Positions 47,268-57,985 of a DNA stretch of 64,000 nucleotides are shown piece by piece. Made by a program: the position numbers and the translations under genes. Under the pieces are notes generated by a model. It made no database searches and was not told the origin of the DNA. It worked only from the letters and a program-made list of their open reading frames with translations. Within the stretch, counting starts at the first letter, position 1, and each line of letters starts with the position of its first letter. Source of the DNA: Betaproteobacteria bacterium UBA5216 (lineage in GTDB: Bacteria; Pseudomonadota; Gammaproteobacteria; Burkholderiales; SG8-41); assembly GCA_002412495.1 (NCBI GenBank), contig DHVE01000021.1, positions 14,126 to 78,125 on the forward strand. The letters are read 5' to 3'.

Positions 47268-48085
47268 TCAGGCTGGCCGAGGTACTGGCGGATGCCCGCG
47301 CGTGCTTCCGTGCGGCGCGACGCAATCAGTTCATCGAGCAATTTCTGGTTTTCGGCAAGCCGGCTGCGATCGTTTTCGCGGTGCCACAGATGAAATACTG
47401 GCGCGGCGAAGCGTGCGCTCTTGTGCCGAATGCCGGCGTGAATCAGACGAATCGCGAGGTCGCTGTCTTCAAGCCCCCACCCCGAATAGGATTCGTCAAA
47501 GCCGTTTACGTGCAGAAAGTCCGCGCGCCACAGCGACAGGTTGCAGGTCTTCACGCCTTCCCACTGGCGCGGCGCGCGCTGGCGCAAGGGTGAGTCGGGC
47601 AGCTTGAGCAATGGCAGCAACCGGTTCACATCGCGCGTCAGCCACGCGCGCAGCCAGCGCGCCGCGTGCCACTGATGGACCGGCACGCGCGCCGCAAGTA
47701 CGACTTGCGTGAAAGTTTCGGAAAGTAAGACGCGATTGCCGGAAAGAAAGCAATTTTTTTCCGCAAGGCTTTTGTGCCGACGCACAAAATCGCGCGTGGG
47801 TATGCAGTCACCATCGGCGAATATCAGATAGTCGGCGTGCGTTCGTGCTGCGGCGCGATTGCGCGCGGCGCCGGGGCGGAAGCCGAGATCGTCTTGCCAT
47901 ACATGATGTAGTGGAAATGGCGCGCGCGCCGCCTCGCTTTCGATCAGCAGCCGCGTCTCGTCACGCGAACCATCGTCGGCGATCAGTAATTCGAAATCAC
48001 GATCCGATTGCGCAAGGTAGCCGGCAAGCGTCGCCGCAAGTGCATCCGGACGATTATAGGTGGTGACGATGACCGCGGTTTTCAC
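47264..48085 (-). CDS. GT2 glycosyltransferase
   Basis: VIVTTYN, ADDGS, DGDC, NGFDE...GWG.ED; GTG start overlaps upstream stop. Confidence 0.9.
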   Translation of the reverse strand: MKTAVIVTTYNRPDALAATLAGYLAQSDRDFELLIADDGSRDETRLLIESEAARAPFPLHHVWQDDLGFRPGAARNRAAARTHADYLIFADGDCIPTRDFVRRHKSLAEKNCFLSGNRVLLSETFTQVVLAARVPVHQWHAARWLRAWLTRDVNRLLPLLKLPDSPLRQRAPRQWEGVKTCNLSLWRADFLHVNGFDESYSGWGLEDSDLAIRLIHAGIRHKSARFAAPVFHLWHRENDRSRLAENQKLLDELIASRRTEARAGIRQYLGQPE

Positions 48086-48837
48086 CGGGGCTTGTTCCCG
48101 AGCATCATCAGCTTCAGGTAGCGGTAATACGTGCCTTCGGCGTTGGATACAGAGAGCATGAATCCTTCGCGTCCGTCGAGGAACCCGGCTTTCAATACAT
48201 AGGTGCGGAAAAATGCCCACAGCCCATGCGCAATGGCCTTGCCGAGGGAAGCTTGCTTGCCTTTCGCAAAATTGAATCGGGCACCCGCCGAAGAATAGCC
48301 GTTGATCTTGTTGATGACATGTTCGAGGGTTGGCATGGGGGCGTGACCCATGTGATTCTTGAGTCTTCTCACTTCACCAGTGACAATTATCCGGTCATGC
48401 ACATGATCTTCGGAAAATCGCGCGGCGCCTTTGCGAAATAGCCGGGTCTGCGGATCGGGCCACCATCCCGAATGCCGCATATCGCGGCCGCAAAAACTGG
48501 ACAGTCGTGGCATGGCGAATGCCACAGCGCCTCCCGCCTCTTGGATGGCAGCCGAAATTTCCGCGCGTAGCTCGGGCGTTACCCATTCATCCTGATCCAG
48601 CGACAGCACCCAATCACCCGTGGTACGATCCAGCGCGCGGTTTTTTTGCTGCCCGTACCCCGGGAAATCCGGTGTTTGCGTGACACTGGCACCAAGCTCG
48701 CGGCAAATCTCGCGCGTCCGGTCAGTGCTGCCGGAATCGACCACAATAATTTCGTCCGCCCAAGTGGCCACTGACTCAATGCAGCGGCGAATCAAGGGCG
48801 CGCCATTGAAGGTAGTGATTGAAACCGAGAGCGTCAT
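48082..48837 (-). CDS. GT2 LPS core glycosyltransferase (KdtX/LgtF-like)
   Basis: VVDSGSTD, QKN.AL, LDQDE, GFLDG.EG. Confidence 0.9.
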   Translation of the reverse strand: MTLSVSITTFNGAPLIRRCIESVATWADEIIVVDSGSTDRTREICRELGASVTQTPDFPGYGQQKNRALDRTTGDWVLSLDQDEWVTPELRAEISAAIQEAGGAVAFAMPRLSSFCGRDMRHSGWWPDPQTRLFRKGAARFSEDHVHDRIIVTGEVRRLKNHMGHAPMPTLEHVINKINGYSSAGARFNFAKGKQASLGKAIAHGLWAFFRTYVLKAGFLDGREGFMLSVSNAEGTYYRYLKLMMLGNKPR

Positions 48838-50066
48838 GTCGGTGCGGATGATTTGTCGTGCGGGTCGTATTGTAATCCGCCGTAAAGCAAGCCCGTGAGC
48901 CACGCGTAAAACAGTCCCTCGGTGTGATCGAGCAGGAATGAGTTCAGCATGCAACCGATGACCATGGTAATGATCAGGCCGCGAGCGAGTCCGCGGTACA
49001 TCGGCGTTGGCAAACGCGCGGCAAGGCGCCACTGGAACACGAACAGCGCGACGAGCAGAATAGCGCCGAGGACGCCCACTTGAACGGCAAGATGCAGGAA
49101 CTCGTTATGGGGATTGTGGGTTTCGGCTTTTCCGGTGCCCGCCACTTGCGCCGCATAGGCCCTTGGAAATCCGCCTGTGCCAACGCCCGTCAGGGGATGT
49201 CGAGCGGCTATGGCCAGGGAGTTTTGGTAGAACTCCAAGCGTAGGCCGGTGGATGTGGTGGATTTGTCGTCGGCACGCCAGTCTTGCAATTCCATTTTAA
49301 TCTTGTTCAGGCGCTCGTGAAATGCACTTGGAATAGAAATCCCGATTACCAGTACTGCCGATATTACAAGCATCGTCCCGACGGTTTCACGCTTTCCAAG
49401 ATACTTCCAAACGGCGAACAGAGATAGCGCGACTAGAACAAGATAACCGGTCGCGCCCTGCACCATGAAGATTACATTTATTACAGCCAGCAAAGCGAAT
49501 CCGTACCAAAAAATTCGCATTCGTGGATTATGGGAGGTGTACCCCAACCATAAAAACAGAACAGCGCCGAATGCCACCAGCAGGTTGTGCGTCAATTTCA
49601 GCTTTAATACGGTGGGCGAACTGACGGTACCGGAAATAAACGGCAGCTTAGGAAGCAGTCCAAACCGAATCAGGTACGACAAAATAATAATCCCGACCAA
49701 TGAAAATGCCAACGCGTATAACGCGCGCGCGCGAATCCCCTCCATTCTAAAGATCATTATTAGCACGGGAATGCAAAGCAGATCGGCATACTTTGAGAGA
49801 CAGGAAAGCGCTTCTTGCCGCGATGCATCGCCATACACGATGCCGATCATGAGTAGTAGATAAAGTGAAACAGAAAGCAGTGCAACAGGATTAATGAGGG
49901 TTATCCGCGCGGTGGCCCGAACCTGTCCTGAAAATGCCCAAGCCGCAAGAGTCAGGGCGATCAGAAAATTATCCAGCGCGGTAGATACTGGAATGGATGC
50001 ACCGAGTGCAATAGCACTCCACTGCGATGCCTGACGCGCATGACGAATGATAATTTCACGCACCAT
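48834..50066 (-). CDS. waaL: O-antigen ligase family protein
   Basis: Multi-TM; STGLRLE, P.TGVGTG, HNPHNEFL. Confidence 0.82.
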   Translation of the reverse strand: MVREIIIRHARQASQWSAIALGASIPVSTALDNFLIALTLAAWAFSGQVRATARITLINPVALLSVSLYLLLMIGIVYGDASRQEALSCLSKYADLLCIPVLIMIFRMEGIRARALYALAFSLVGIIILSYLIRFGLLPKLPFISGTVSSPTVLKLKLTHNLLVAFGAVLFLWLGYTSHNPRMRIFWYGFALLAVINVIFMVQGATGYLVLVALSLFAVWKYLGKRETVGTMLVISAVLVIGISIPSAFHERLNKIKMELQDWRADDKSTTSTGLRLEFYQNSLAIAARHPLTGVGTGGFPRAYAAQVAGTGKAETHNPHNEFLHLAVQVGVLGAILLVALFVFQWRLAARLPTPMYRGLARGLIITMVIGCMLNSFLLDHTEGLFYAWLTGLLYGGLQYDPHDKSSAPT

Positions 50067-51891
50067 GCGGGGTTTGAGGCGTGTATTCCGGAACGTGTCT
50101 GGCCAGCGCTTTCTTGACCGCCTCGTTATCGGACACGTCAGGATTTTTTTCCAACCAGTGATCGATTTGGATTAACCATTGTGCGTTTTCGTGGCGAGCT
50201 TGTGCCACGTGGAGCTTGGGATGTGGCGTGGGCAGTGTGTTTTCTCCGTCCGCGAGCACTTCTTCATACAATTTTTCGCCGGGCCGCAATCCAGTGTAGG
50301 TAATTGCTATCTCGTCTTCCGTATAGCCCGACAAGCGAATCATCTCGCGGGCGAGGTCCGCGATTCTTACAGGCTCGCCCATGTCCATAACTAAAATTTC
50401 CCCCCCCTTCCCCATCAGCCCGGCTTGTAGCAATAATTGCACGGCCTCGGGTATCGACATGAAAAACCGCGTGATTTCGGGGTGTGTGACGGTAACAGGC
50501 CCGCCCTTGAGAATTTGATCGCGGAATTTTGGAATCACGCTACCGGTGGACCCCAGTACGTTCCCGAAACGTACCATAACAAACTGGGTGCCGCTGGTTT
50601 GTTGCAGCGACTGACACACCATCTCCGCCAGCCGTTTGCTCGCGCCCATTACATTCGTTGGATTAACCGCCTTGTCGGTCGATACCAACACGAATTTTTC
50701 AACCCCGGAATTGATGGCGGCTTGCGCCAATACGCGCGTGCCAAGTACGTTATTTAATATTGCCTGCCACGCATTTTCAATTTCCATCAATGGAACATGC
50801 TTGTAGGCTGCTGCATGAAAAATGACGTTGGGTCTATACCGTCGTATCAGATCGTCAACACGGCTTTCATCTTTTACGTCTCCAATTGCGAAAACCAGCT
50901 TAAGTTGGGGATGATTCTCCACGAACTCCTGTTCGATGCTGTAGAGGCCAAATTCATTGATCTCCAGCAGAATTAATTGTTTGGGATTAAAGCGTGCAAG
51001 TTGCCGGCATAACTCACTTCCAATGGACCCTCCCGCGCCAGTAACCAGCACAACGTGATCTGCAATCCAGTCGCGCAGGCCTCGTGTGTCGAGCGTGACT
51101 GGGTCGCGTCCCAGCAGGTCATCGAGCTCGACATGTCGAATTTGGGATACAGTAACCTTGCCGCTTAGCAAGTCGTCAAATGACGGAACGGTCTGTACTT
51201 GCAAGCCAGCACGACTACAAGCGTCCACGGCGATTCTGCGCTGCGTGTGAGATGCCTCTGGCATGGCGATAATGGCTTGTGTAACCTGCAATTTCTCTTT
51301 CCATGCCGATAACTCGGTCAGATCGCCGAGCACTCGTACTCCATGAAGCTCGCTGCCTTTCATTCCATTATCGAAATTAAAAACCCCCGCGACCTTCCAT
51401 TGCGGGCTTCGCGCTAATTCCATAACCAGTCCCGCCGCGGCATCGGCGACGCCAATAACAAAGACCGGGTTACGATCATGCGCAATAAACCCTGCCAGCC
51501 GTTTTTCCTTCCAAGCACGATAAGCGAGTCGGTTTCCACCCATTATGATTAATAGAATTACCGGACTCATGATGAGCACGGACCTGGGCACGCTAATTTG
51601 GGCCATAAACAGTAGAGCGGGAGCCGTGGCAGCAATCAGGATAACGGAAAGAAGTATCCTGCGCAGATCCGGCAGACTTGCAAATCTCCAAGTTCCGCGA
51701 TACAGCCCAAAACCCACGCATGCCGCCATATGTGTCGGTAATATCCAAAGCAAAGATTGCCACGCAAGGGCAAGATAGTAATCGGACATATCTGGGTTAA
51801 GCCGCAGCCAAAATGCCCCAAACCACGCCACCGGGAAGGCCAGGAAGTCATGCAATATTGCGAGCATGCGACGCCACGGCAGTCGAGTCAC
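50056..51891 (-). CDS. Membrane-bound UDP-GlcNAc 4,6-dehydratase (PglF/CapD/WbpM)
   Basis: Four TM; TGAGGSIGSE, AAYKHVP, STDKAVNP.NVMGASK, RFGNVLGS.GSV, LRPGEKLYEE. Confidence 0.93.
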   Translation of the reverse strand: MTRLPWRRMLAILHDFLAFPVAWFGAFWLRLNPDMSDYYLALAWQSLLWILPTHMAACVGFGLYRGTWRFASLPDLRRILLSVILIAATAPALLFMAQISVPRSVLIMSPVILLIIMGGNRLAYRAWKEKRLAGFIAHDRNPVFVIGVADAAAGLVMELARSPQWKVAGVFNFDNGMKGSELHGVRVLGDLTELSAWKEKLQVTQAIIAMPEASHTQRRIAVDACSRAGLQVQTVPSFDDLLSGKVTVSQIRHVELDDLLGRDPVTLDTRGLRDWIADHVVLVTGAGGSIGSELCRQLARFNPKQLILLEINEFGLYSIEQEFVENHPQLKLVFAIGDVKDESRVDDLIRRYRPNVIFHAAAYKHVPLMEIENAWQAILNNVLGTRVLAQAAINSGVEKFVLVSTDKAVNPTNVMGASKRLAEMVCQSLQQTSGTQFVMVRFGNVLGSTGSVIPKFRDQILKGGPVTVTHPEITRFFMSIPEAVQLLLQAGLMGKGGEILVMDMGEPVRIADLAREMIRLSGYTEDEIAITYTGLRPGEKLYEEVLADGENTLPTPHPKLHVAQARHENAQWLIQIDHWLEKNPDVSDNEAVKKALARHVPEYTPQTPHGA

Positions 51892-52871
51892 GGCTTAGCG
51901 CCTCGCGCTCTTGACCATGCGGATGAAATGGCAATTATGAGAACTGCATACGAACACAGAAGCAATGTGGACACGACCAGGGTGATTGACGGAAAGCGCA
52001 ATATGACTAAACCCGCCACGACGCAGATTGCCATGAGCAAGTACTCCGCTAATGCGGTATTTCGATGTCCCCAGCCCAATTGCACCAATCGCTGGTAATA
52101 ATGATCGCGATGTGCGTGCCAAATTCGATGGCCGCAAAACAATCTGCGAACCAGTGTCAAGGTGGCATCGACAACAAAAGGCGAGAAAACCAGTACGGGA
52201 AACCAAAGTGACCAATAGCCCTTTGTGTATCCTGTTAGTCCGAATGCGCCGGCGAGGTAGCCGAGCGGTATGGATCCGGCGTCTCCCAAAAATACCTTCG
52301 CTGGGTGGAAATTAAAGATCAAAAATGCCATAGCTGCCGCACAAATACTAAAATTTAGCAATGCAAAACCCGTATTGCCCGCTATCCAAGATGCGACGCC
52401 ATAAGCAAAAAAACCAAACATTGCCATGCCGCCCGCAAGGCCATCCGAGCCATCCATAAAGTTATACAGGTTGATCATCCAGCAGATCGCTAATGCCGCA
52501 ATAGGAGTAGTCCACCACGCCGAGGTGTCCCATAGCGCTTGATACGACACCGCTGTCGCGGCAACCAGATGCACGAACAATCGTAACAGGATAGAAACTC
52601 CGCGCGCGTCGTCCAAGCACGATACAAGGCATAGAAGCAACAAGCAAACCCAAACGACCATACCTGTGCCCGGCGTGAGCAAAGTCCACGCGAACGAAAT
52701 CCCTGCAAGCAGTCCAATCCCGCCGACCCGCGGAACCGGGTGCAGATGTAGCGAACGTTCATTCGGATGATCCAGCACTTTCCACACGATGCGGCCTCGA
52801 ACCAGCCACCAAAGTAATACTAGCGTTGTGGAAAACGCTACGAGCGGCACCCAGTGGGCGGATGACACCAT
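51888..52871 (-). CDS. Polyprenyl-phosphate HexNAc-1-P transferase (WecA/WbpL-like)
   Basis: D.PNERS.H..P.PR.GG, DD, NLYNFMDG.DG, FLGDAGS, HR.H.YQ. Confidence 0.92.
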   Translation of the reverse strand: MVSSAHWVPLVAFSTTLVLLWWLVRGRIVWKVLDHPNERSLHLHPVPRVGGIGLLAGISFAWTLLTPGTGMVVWVCLLLLCLVSCLDDARGVSILLRLFVHLVAATAVSYQALWDTSAWWTTPIAALAICWMINLYNFMDGSDGLAGGMAMFGFFAYGVASWIAGNTGFALLNFSICAAAMAFLIFNFHPAKVFLGDAGSIPLGYLAGAFGLTGYTKGYWSLWFPVLVFSPFVVDATLTLVRRLFCGHRIWHAHRDHYYQRLVQLGWGHRNTALAEYLLMAICVVAGLVILRFPSITLVVSTLLLCSYAVLIIAISSAWSRARGAKP

Positions 52872-52875
52872 GAAA

Positions 52876-53832
52876 TTATTTCGCGCCGGATTTTTCAATA
52901 AGATACGAATGATACCATCGCACGGTTTGATCCAGTCCTTGATCCAGTGAGAATGGAGGCGTCCAACAGAGTTCGCGCCTTATGAGAGAGCTATCAATCT
53001 GTAATGACGCCAAAAGCTTCGTGGCGTCCGCGTTCCGACCAAGAGCTGCCGCACCCAATCTCAGCAACGGTGGTGGAAAGGGGAACAATGTCGTGCTCAC
53101 GCCCATGCGCGCGGAAAGTTGCCGGAACAAGTCAGGCGTTGATATATCCGTACCATCACTGACAAGGTAAGTCTTGCCCGCTGCTTGCGGCTGTGTGATG
53201 CACGCAATCAATGCGGTCACCAAGTTTTCTATAAAAAGGAGACTGCGCGAGTTGTTAATGGAGGCGAATGGTAGAGGCCAGCCTCGCCGCGCGATATCAA
53301 GCAACCGCAAGAAGTTGCCACCTACCCATGGTCCGTACACGAGCGGAGGGCGCAGCACGACGATTTCCAGCACGCCCGATCTTGCTGTGCGAAAAAGCTC
53401 TTGTTCCGCCTCCCATTTGGAGATTCCGTACGGATCCGCAGGTAGGGGCGTGTCATTTTCGCTAAATGGCTCCCCTGTAGTGCATTCGCCATTGACCTTA
53501 ACGGAGCTAAGGTAAACCAAACGTTTTACCCCGGCAGCCATGCAGGCGCGGGCGAGATTCGCGGTGGCTTTGACGTTAACGCCGCGAAAATCCTTGATTG
53601 GGTCTTTAGATCGCTCTCGCAGCACATGCGTACGCGCCGCAAGGTGAACGACGCATGTCGCGTCTGTAACGGCTTTGTTCCAGTCCGTGCTTTCTCCGAT
53701 CTCACCTATCGAAATGTCACCAGTTAATGCCGCGTTCCTCAAGACGCGCCGAAACCGCTGACCTGTGATTTCGAGCGCGCGGCACAGTGCGCGTCCGACG
53801 AATCCATTGGCGCCGGTAATCAAAATTGTCAT
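52876..53832 (-). CDS. NAD-dependent epimerase/reductase (WbpK/WbpV-like)
   Basis: TGANGFVG, SSVKV.GE, YGISK, RPPLVYG. Confidence 0.9.
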   Translation of the reverse strand: MTILITGANGFVGRALCRALEITGQRFRRVLRNAALTGDISIGEIGESTDWNKAVTDATCVVHLAARTHVLRERSKDPIKDFRGVNVKATANLARACMAAGVKRLVYLSSVKVNGECTTGEPFSENDTPLPADPYGISKWEAEQELFRTARSGVLEIVVLRPPLVYGPWVGGNFLRLLDIARRGWPLPFASINNSRSLLFIENLVTALIACITQPQAAGKTYLVSDGTDISTPDLFRQLSARMGVSTTLFPFPPPLLRLGAAALGRNADATKLLASLQIDSSLIRRELCWTPPFSLDQGLDQTVRWYHSYLIEKSGAK

Positions 53833-54049
53833 CGCATGATGCTTTGCGGAGTTTTTGCACGAGGTGGTGCCGTTCTCGCAATTGACGAATTCAATTGCCC
53901 CGATTCTAGTCGGCCAAGCTCATGTAAAACGATATTTTCATGGCCTAACCCAGGCAAACTTATGCTAACATATTCAAGCTTTTCTGCTATTTTAACCTAG
54001 CCGAGTAATCCTACGGATTTCCTCGCGATTAATCGCACAATTCCCAGTT

Positions 54050-54631
54050 ATGCATACCAAACAATATTTTGAAGAAGTGAGTGTTGTTGCCAAAACCATC
54101 GATATCGCTGCGGTTGACAAGCTGGTATCGGAATTGGTGGCGTTACGTAACCGAGGTGGTAGATTGTTTCTGTTGGGCGTCGGTGGCAGTGCGGCCAATT
54201 GCAGTCATGCCGTTAATGATTTTCGAAAGCTGTGCGGTATAGAGGCGTATACCCCCGTAGATAATGTTTCCGAGTTGACGGCGCGAACCAATGATGAGGG
54301 GTGGGATACCGTATTTGCCGCTTGGTTGCGCACAAGCAAGGCTAATTCCAACGATGCTGTATTTGTTTTTTCTGTTGGTGGTGGCGACGCACTGAAAAAT
54401 GTCAGCGCCAACATTGTTCATGGACTAAAGGAAGCAAAATCCCGTGGGGTGAAGGTGATGGGGGTTGTCGGGCGCAACGGTGGATATACGAAGGAAGTCG
54501 GAGACGCGGTCGTGGTTATTCCGACCGTGGATCAATCGAGGGTTACTCCTCATACGGAGGCTTTTCAGGCCGTGGTTTGGCATTGCCTAGTTTCGCATCC
54601 CGCATTGCAGCAGGTTGCGACAAAATGGTGA
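54050..54631 (+). CDS. gmhA: SIS-domain phosphoheptose isomerase (GmhA-like, divergent)
   Basis: G.GGSAA..SH, TARTND.G, SVGG. Confidence 0.75.
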   Translation: MHTKQYFEEVSVVAKTIDIAAVDKLVSELVALRNRGGRLFLLGVGGSAANCSHAVNDFRKLCGIEAYTPVDNVSELTARTNDEGWDTVFAAWLRTSKANSNDAVFVFSVGGGDALKNVSANIVHGLKEAKSRGVKVMGVVGRNGGYTKEVGDAVVVIPTVDQSRVTPHTEAFQAVVWHCLVSHPALQQVATKW

Positions 54632-54667
54632 TTCATTAGCATCTGAAATATTGTTACCCCTGTTAAT

Positions 54668-55213
54668 GTGAGGCAAGCGATCTTTCTTGACCGCGACGGG
54701 GTCATCAATCGCGCAGTGGTTCGTGACGGTAAGCCTTATCCTCCTGCGGCCTTGGCTGATTTTGAATTGCTGCCTGGGGTGCCGTCAGCCATCCAATGCT
54801 TGCGCGATGCAGGTTTTCTGATCGTGGTTGTGACAAACCAGCCAGACGTCGCAACTGGAGTGCAGCGCAAGGAAGTGGTCGAGGCGATGCACCAAAAATT
54901 AGCGAGATTATGTGACGATATCAGGGTTTGCTATCACGTGGATGCGGACGGCTGCAACTGCAGAAAGCCAAAACCAGGCATGTTGCTTGATGCCGCGAAA
55001 GATTGGAATATAGACTTGCGCGCGAGTGTGATGGTGGGGGATCGATGGCGCGATGTTGCTGCTGGAAAGTCTGCGGGCTGCTACACCTTGTTTATTGATT
55101 ATAATTACAGGGAGCGGCGCGCTGAAGGGCCGGACGCTGTGGTCGCGTCACTCGAAGAAGCGAGCAGGTGGATTCTACAGAAGTTCTTTCCAAACCGCGG
55201 GTATTCAATATGA
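54668..55213 (+). CDS. gmhB: HAD-IIIA heptose bisphosphate phosphatase (GmhB-like)
   Basis: FLDRDGVIN, VTNQ, C.H...C.CRKP.PGM, MVGD. Confidence 0.85.
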   Translation: MRQAIFLDRDGVINRAVVRDGKPYPPAALADFELLPGVPSAIQCLRDAGFLIVVVTNQPDVATGVQRKEVVEAMHQKLARLCDDIRVCYHVDADGCNCRKPKPGMLLDAAKDWNIDLRASVMVGDRWRDVAAGKSAGCYTLFIDYNYRERRAEGPDAVVASLEEASRWILQKFFPNRGYSI

Positions 55214-55938
55214 ATAGCACATCAGGATTGAAGGTCAAGCTTTTTGCAGACGGTGCCGACTTGGTGGGTATCAAGGAAATGTATGCCAATCCCTTGATCA
55301 AAGGTTTTACCACCAATCCCACGCTTATGCGCAAGGCGGGCATAGAGGACTACAAACGATTTTCCTCAGACGTATTGCGACTGGTGCCGGACCGACCGGT
55401 TTCTCTTGAAGTATTTGCCGACGAATTCGATGAAATGGAGAAGCAGGCGCGCGAAATTGCTTCTTGGGGACACAACGTCAATGTAAAAATACCGGTTATG
55501 AACACGCGCGGAGAGTTTTCCGGCCCGTTGGTGGCGCGGTTGTCAAATGCCGGCGTGAGCGTAAATGTCACAGCCATAATGACCTTGGAGCAGGTGCGCC
55601 GGATAACCGATTGTCTTGCTCCCGGCACGCCAGCGATTGTATCGGTATTTGCCGGGCGTATCGCGGATACTGGACGCGATCCAGTGCCAATCATGGCAGA
55701 AGCTGTCAGGGTGATGAAATCCAAGCCTAAAGCGGAGTTGATCTGGGCGAGTCCACGCGAGTTATTGAACATTTTTCAAGCAGACGCTGTTGGCTGCCAT
55801 ATCATCACCGCGACGAATGACATTTTGAAAAAACTCACTTTGGTTGGAAAGGACCTGGATGGGTATTCTTTGGAAACGGTCGAAATGTTCTATCGAGATG
55901 CGATGGCGGCAGGCTACAAAATAGCCGCAGGCGTTTGA
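55210..55938 (+). CDS. Transaldolase (short, FSA/TalC-type)
   Basis: GFTTNP, VKIP, VNVTA, SVFAGRIAD, WAS.R. Confidence 0.9.
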   Translation: MNSTSGLKVKLFADGADLVGIKEMYANPLIKGFTTNPTLMRKAGIEDYKRFSSDVLRLVPDRPVSLEVFADEFDEMEKQAREIASWGHNVNVKIPVMNTRGEFSGPLVARLSNAGVSVNVTAIMTLEQVRRITDCLAPGTPAIVSVFAGRIADTGRDPVPIMAEAVRVMKSKPKAELIWASPRELLNIFQADAVGCHIITATNDILKKLTLVGKDLDGYSLETVEMFYRDAMAAGYKIAAGV

Positions 55939-55973
55939 CGTTATTCCGATTGGCAACTTGGGGATGATTAAAA

Positions 55974-56981
55974 ATGAGATTTAAGAATGTTTTGGTGACG
56001 GGCGGTACGGGGTATGTGGGCAGTCTGCTGGTTCCGCAATTGCTCGATGCTGGATGTAAAGTAACCGTGTATGACATCATGTATTTTGGGGATGATTTTT
56101 TGCCCAAGAAAAATCCCAACCTGACCGTGATCAAGGGCGATATCCGGGACATTGCAAAATTGTCTCAAGCGCTCAAGGGCATAGAGGCCGTTATTTCGCT
56201 AGCTTGCATTTCGAACGATGCTAGTTTTGAGCTTGACGAAAATCTCTCTACCTCAATCAATTTGGACGCTTTTGAGCCGATGGTGGTTGCAGCCAAGGCT
56301 GCAGGGGTCAAGCGATTTGTCTATGCGTCGTCGAGTTCGGTCTATGGAGTATCTGATTCGCCCGATGTCACTGAAGACCATCCATTGGTGCCGCTTACGC
56401 TCTACAACAAGTACAAGGGTATGTGCGAGCCGCTGCTGTTCAAGCATCAATCGCCGGATTTCGTGTGCGTTGCGATCCGTCCTGCCACGCTTTGCGGCTA
56501 CGCCCCTCGCCAGCGCCTTGATCTTTCGGTAAATATCCTTACTAACCACGCCATCAATAACAAGAAAATAACGGTATTTGGCGGAGAACAGAAGCGCCCT
56601 AATCTGCATGTGCAGGACATGGTGGATGTTTACCAACTCTTGCTGGAGGTTCCCGACGAGAAAATTGCCGGTGAAATATTCAATGCGGGTTTCCAAAATA
56701 TGTCGATTATGGATATCGCAAAAATTGCCAAACGGGTGGTGCAGGAAGAGTTCCCTGAAAAAGGCGATATTCCCATAGTTACGACGCCAACCGACGACAT
56801 CCGTTCTTATCATGTCAATTCCGACAAGATAACCCGTGTTCTGGGATTCCGGCCAAAACGTACTATTGAAGATGCCGTACGTGATCTGTGTGTTGCATTT
56901 AAAGCAGGCAAGCTACCGAATAGCCTAGATGACACGTTTTATTTTAATGTTCGCCGTTTGAAGGAAATCAAGGCCGCATGA
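55974..56981 (+). CDS. NAD-dependent sugar epimerase/dehydratase
   Basis: [23 protein letters not shown]. Confidence 0.9.
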   Translation: MRFKNVLVTGGTGYVGSLLVPQLLDAGCKVTVYDIMYFGDDFLPKKNPNLTVIKGDIRDIAKLSQALKGIEAVISLACISNDASFELDENLSTSINLDAFEPMVVAAKAAGVKRFVYASSSSVYGVSDSPDVTEDHPLVPLTLYNKYKGMCEPLLFKHQSPDFVCVAIRPATLCGYAPRQRLDLSVNILTNHAINNKKITVFGGEQKRPNLHVQDMVDVYQLLLEVPDEKIAGEIFNAGFQNMSIMDIAKIAKRVVQEEFPEKGDIPIVTTPTDDIRSYHVNSDKITRVLGFRPKRTIEDAVRDLCVAFKAGKLPNSLDDTFYFNVRRLKEIKAA

Positions 56982-57985
56982 CTTCACGCCCCGTTGCTGT
57001 TGTTACCGGTGGCGCCGGTTTTATTGGCAGCCACATGGTCGATCTGTTGATCGAAGAAGGATTCGACGTCAGGGTGATTGACAATCTGGTCGGCGGCCGG
57101 ACAGATAACCTAGTGCATTTAAGTAATGATCCAAGGCTAGTTCTCGAAGAGCGCGATATCCGTAGCTATCTCCCTGCTGATAAGCTGTTCGGTGGGGTCA
57201 AATACGTGTTCCACTTCGCAGGAATCGGCGATATCGTTCCATCCATCGAGCGACCAGCGGAGTATATGTCCGCCAATGTCCTCGGTACCGTGCACATGTT
57301 GGAGTGTGCGCGGCATTGCAATGCGGCGAAATTCGTTTATGCGGCATCCTCTTCTTGTTATGGTCTTGCGCAAGTGCCGACTCGGGAGGACCACCCGATC
57401 ACACCCCTTTATCCATATGCGCTCAGCAAGTTTCAGGGTGAACAAGCTTGTTTCCACTGGAAGCAAGTTTACGGACTGCCGGTTAATTCGATAAGGATTT
57501 TTAACGCGTACGGGACCCGCTCTCGCACGTCAGGCGCGTACGGTGCTGTGTTCGGCGTATTCCTGCGCCAGAAGCTGGCAGGCAAACCTTATACTGTGGT
57601 GGGCGATGGTACACAGAAGAGAGACTTTCTCTATGTGACGGACGTGGCACGGGCTTTCTTCATGGCAGCTCAAACAGAATGCGTGGGACGAGTATTTAAC
57701 CTCGGCGCAGGGAATCCGCAATCAGTTAACAGGTTGATTGAGCTTTTGGGCGGTGAAAAGACATATATTCCGAAACGTCCGGGTGAGCCTGACGTTACTT
57801 GGGCTGACATCAATCGCATTTCCACCGAACTTGGCTGGAAGCCCGAGGTGACTTTCGAACAAGGTGTCGCGAACATCATTGCCAATATTGATTACTGGCG
57901 CAGTGCGCCTCTTTGGGATCCGGACTCGATTGCCCGTGCCACCAAGACTTGGTTTGAATTCATGACGCCGCAAGGAAAGCAATAA
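56978..57985 (+). CDS. NAD-dependent sugar epimerase/dehydratase
   Basis: GGAGFIG, YALSK, R.FNAYG, GDG.Q.RDF. Confidence 0.92.
   Translation: MTSRPVAVVTGGAGFIGSHMVDLLIEEGFDVRVIDNLVGGRTDNLVHLSNDPRLVLEERDIRSYLPADKLFGGVKYVFHFAGIGDIVPSIERPAEYMSANVLGTVHMLECARHCNAAKFVYAASSSCYGLAQVPTREDHPITPLYPYALSKFQGEQACFHWKQVYGLPVNSIRIFNAYGTRSRTSGAYGAVFGVFLRQKLAGKPYTVVGDGTQKRDFLYVTDVARAFFMAAQTECVGRVFNLGAGNPQSVNRLIELLGGEKTYIPKRPGEPDVTWADINRISTELGWKPEVTFEQGVANIIANIDYWRSAPLWDPDSIARATKTWFEFMTPQGKQ

Noticed and set aside
53833-54049. ops/JUMPstart element in the divergent glycan promoter region
   Set aside because: No GGCGGTAG match seen
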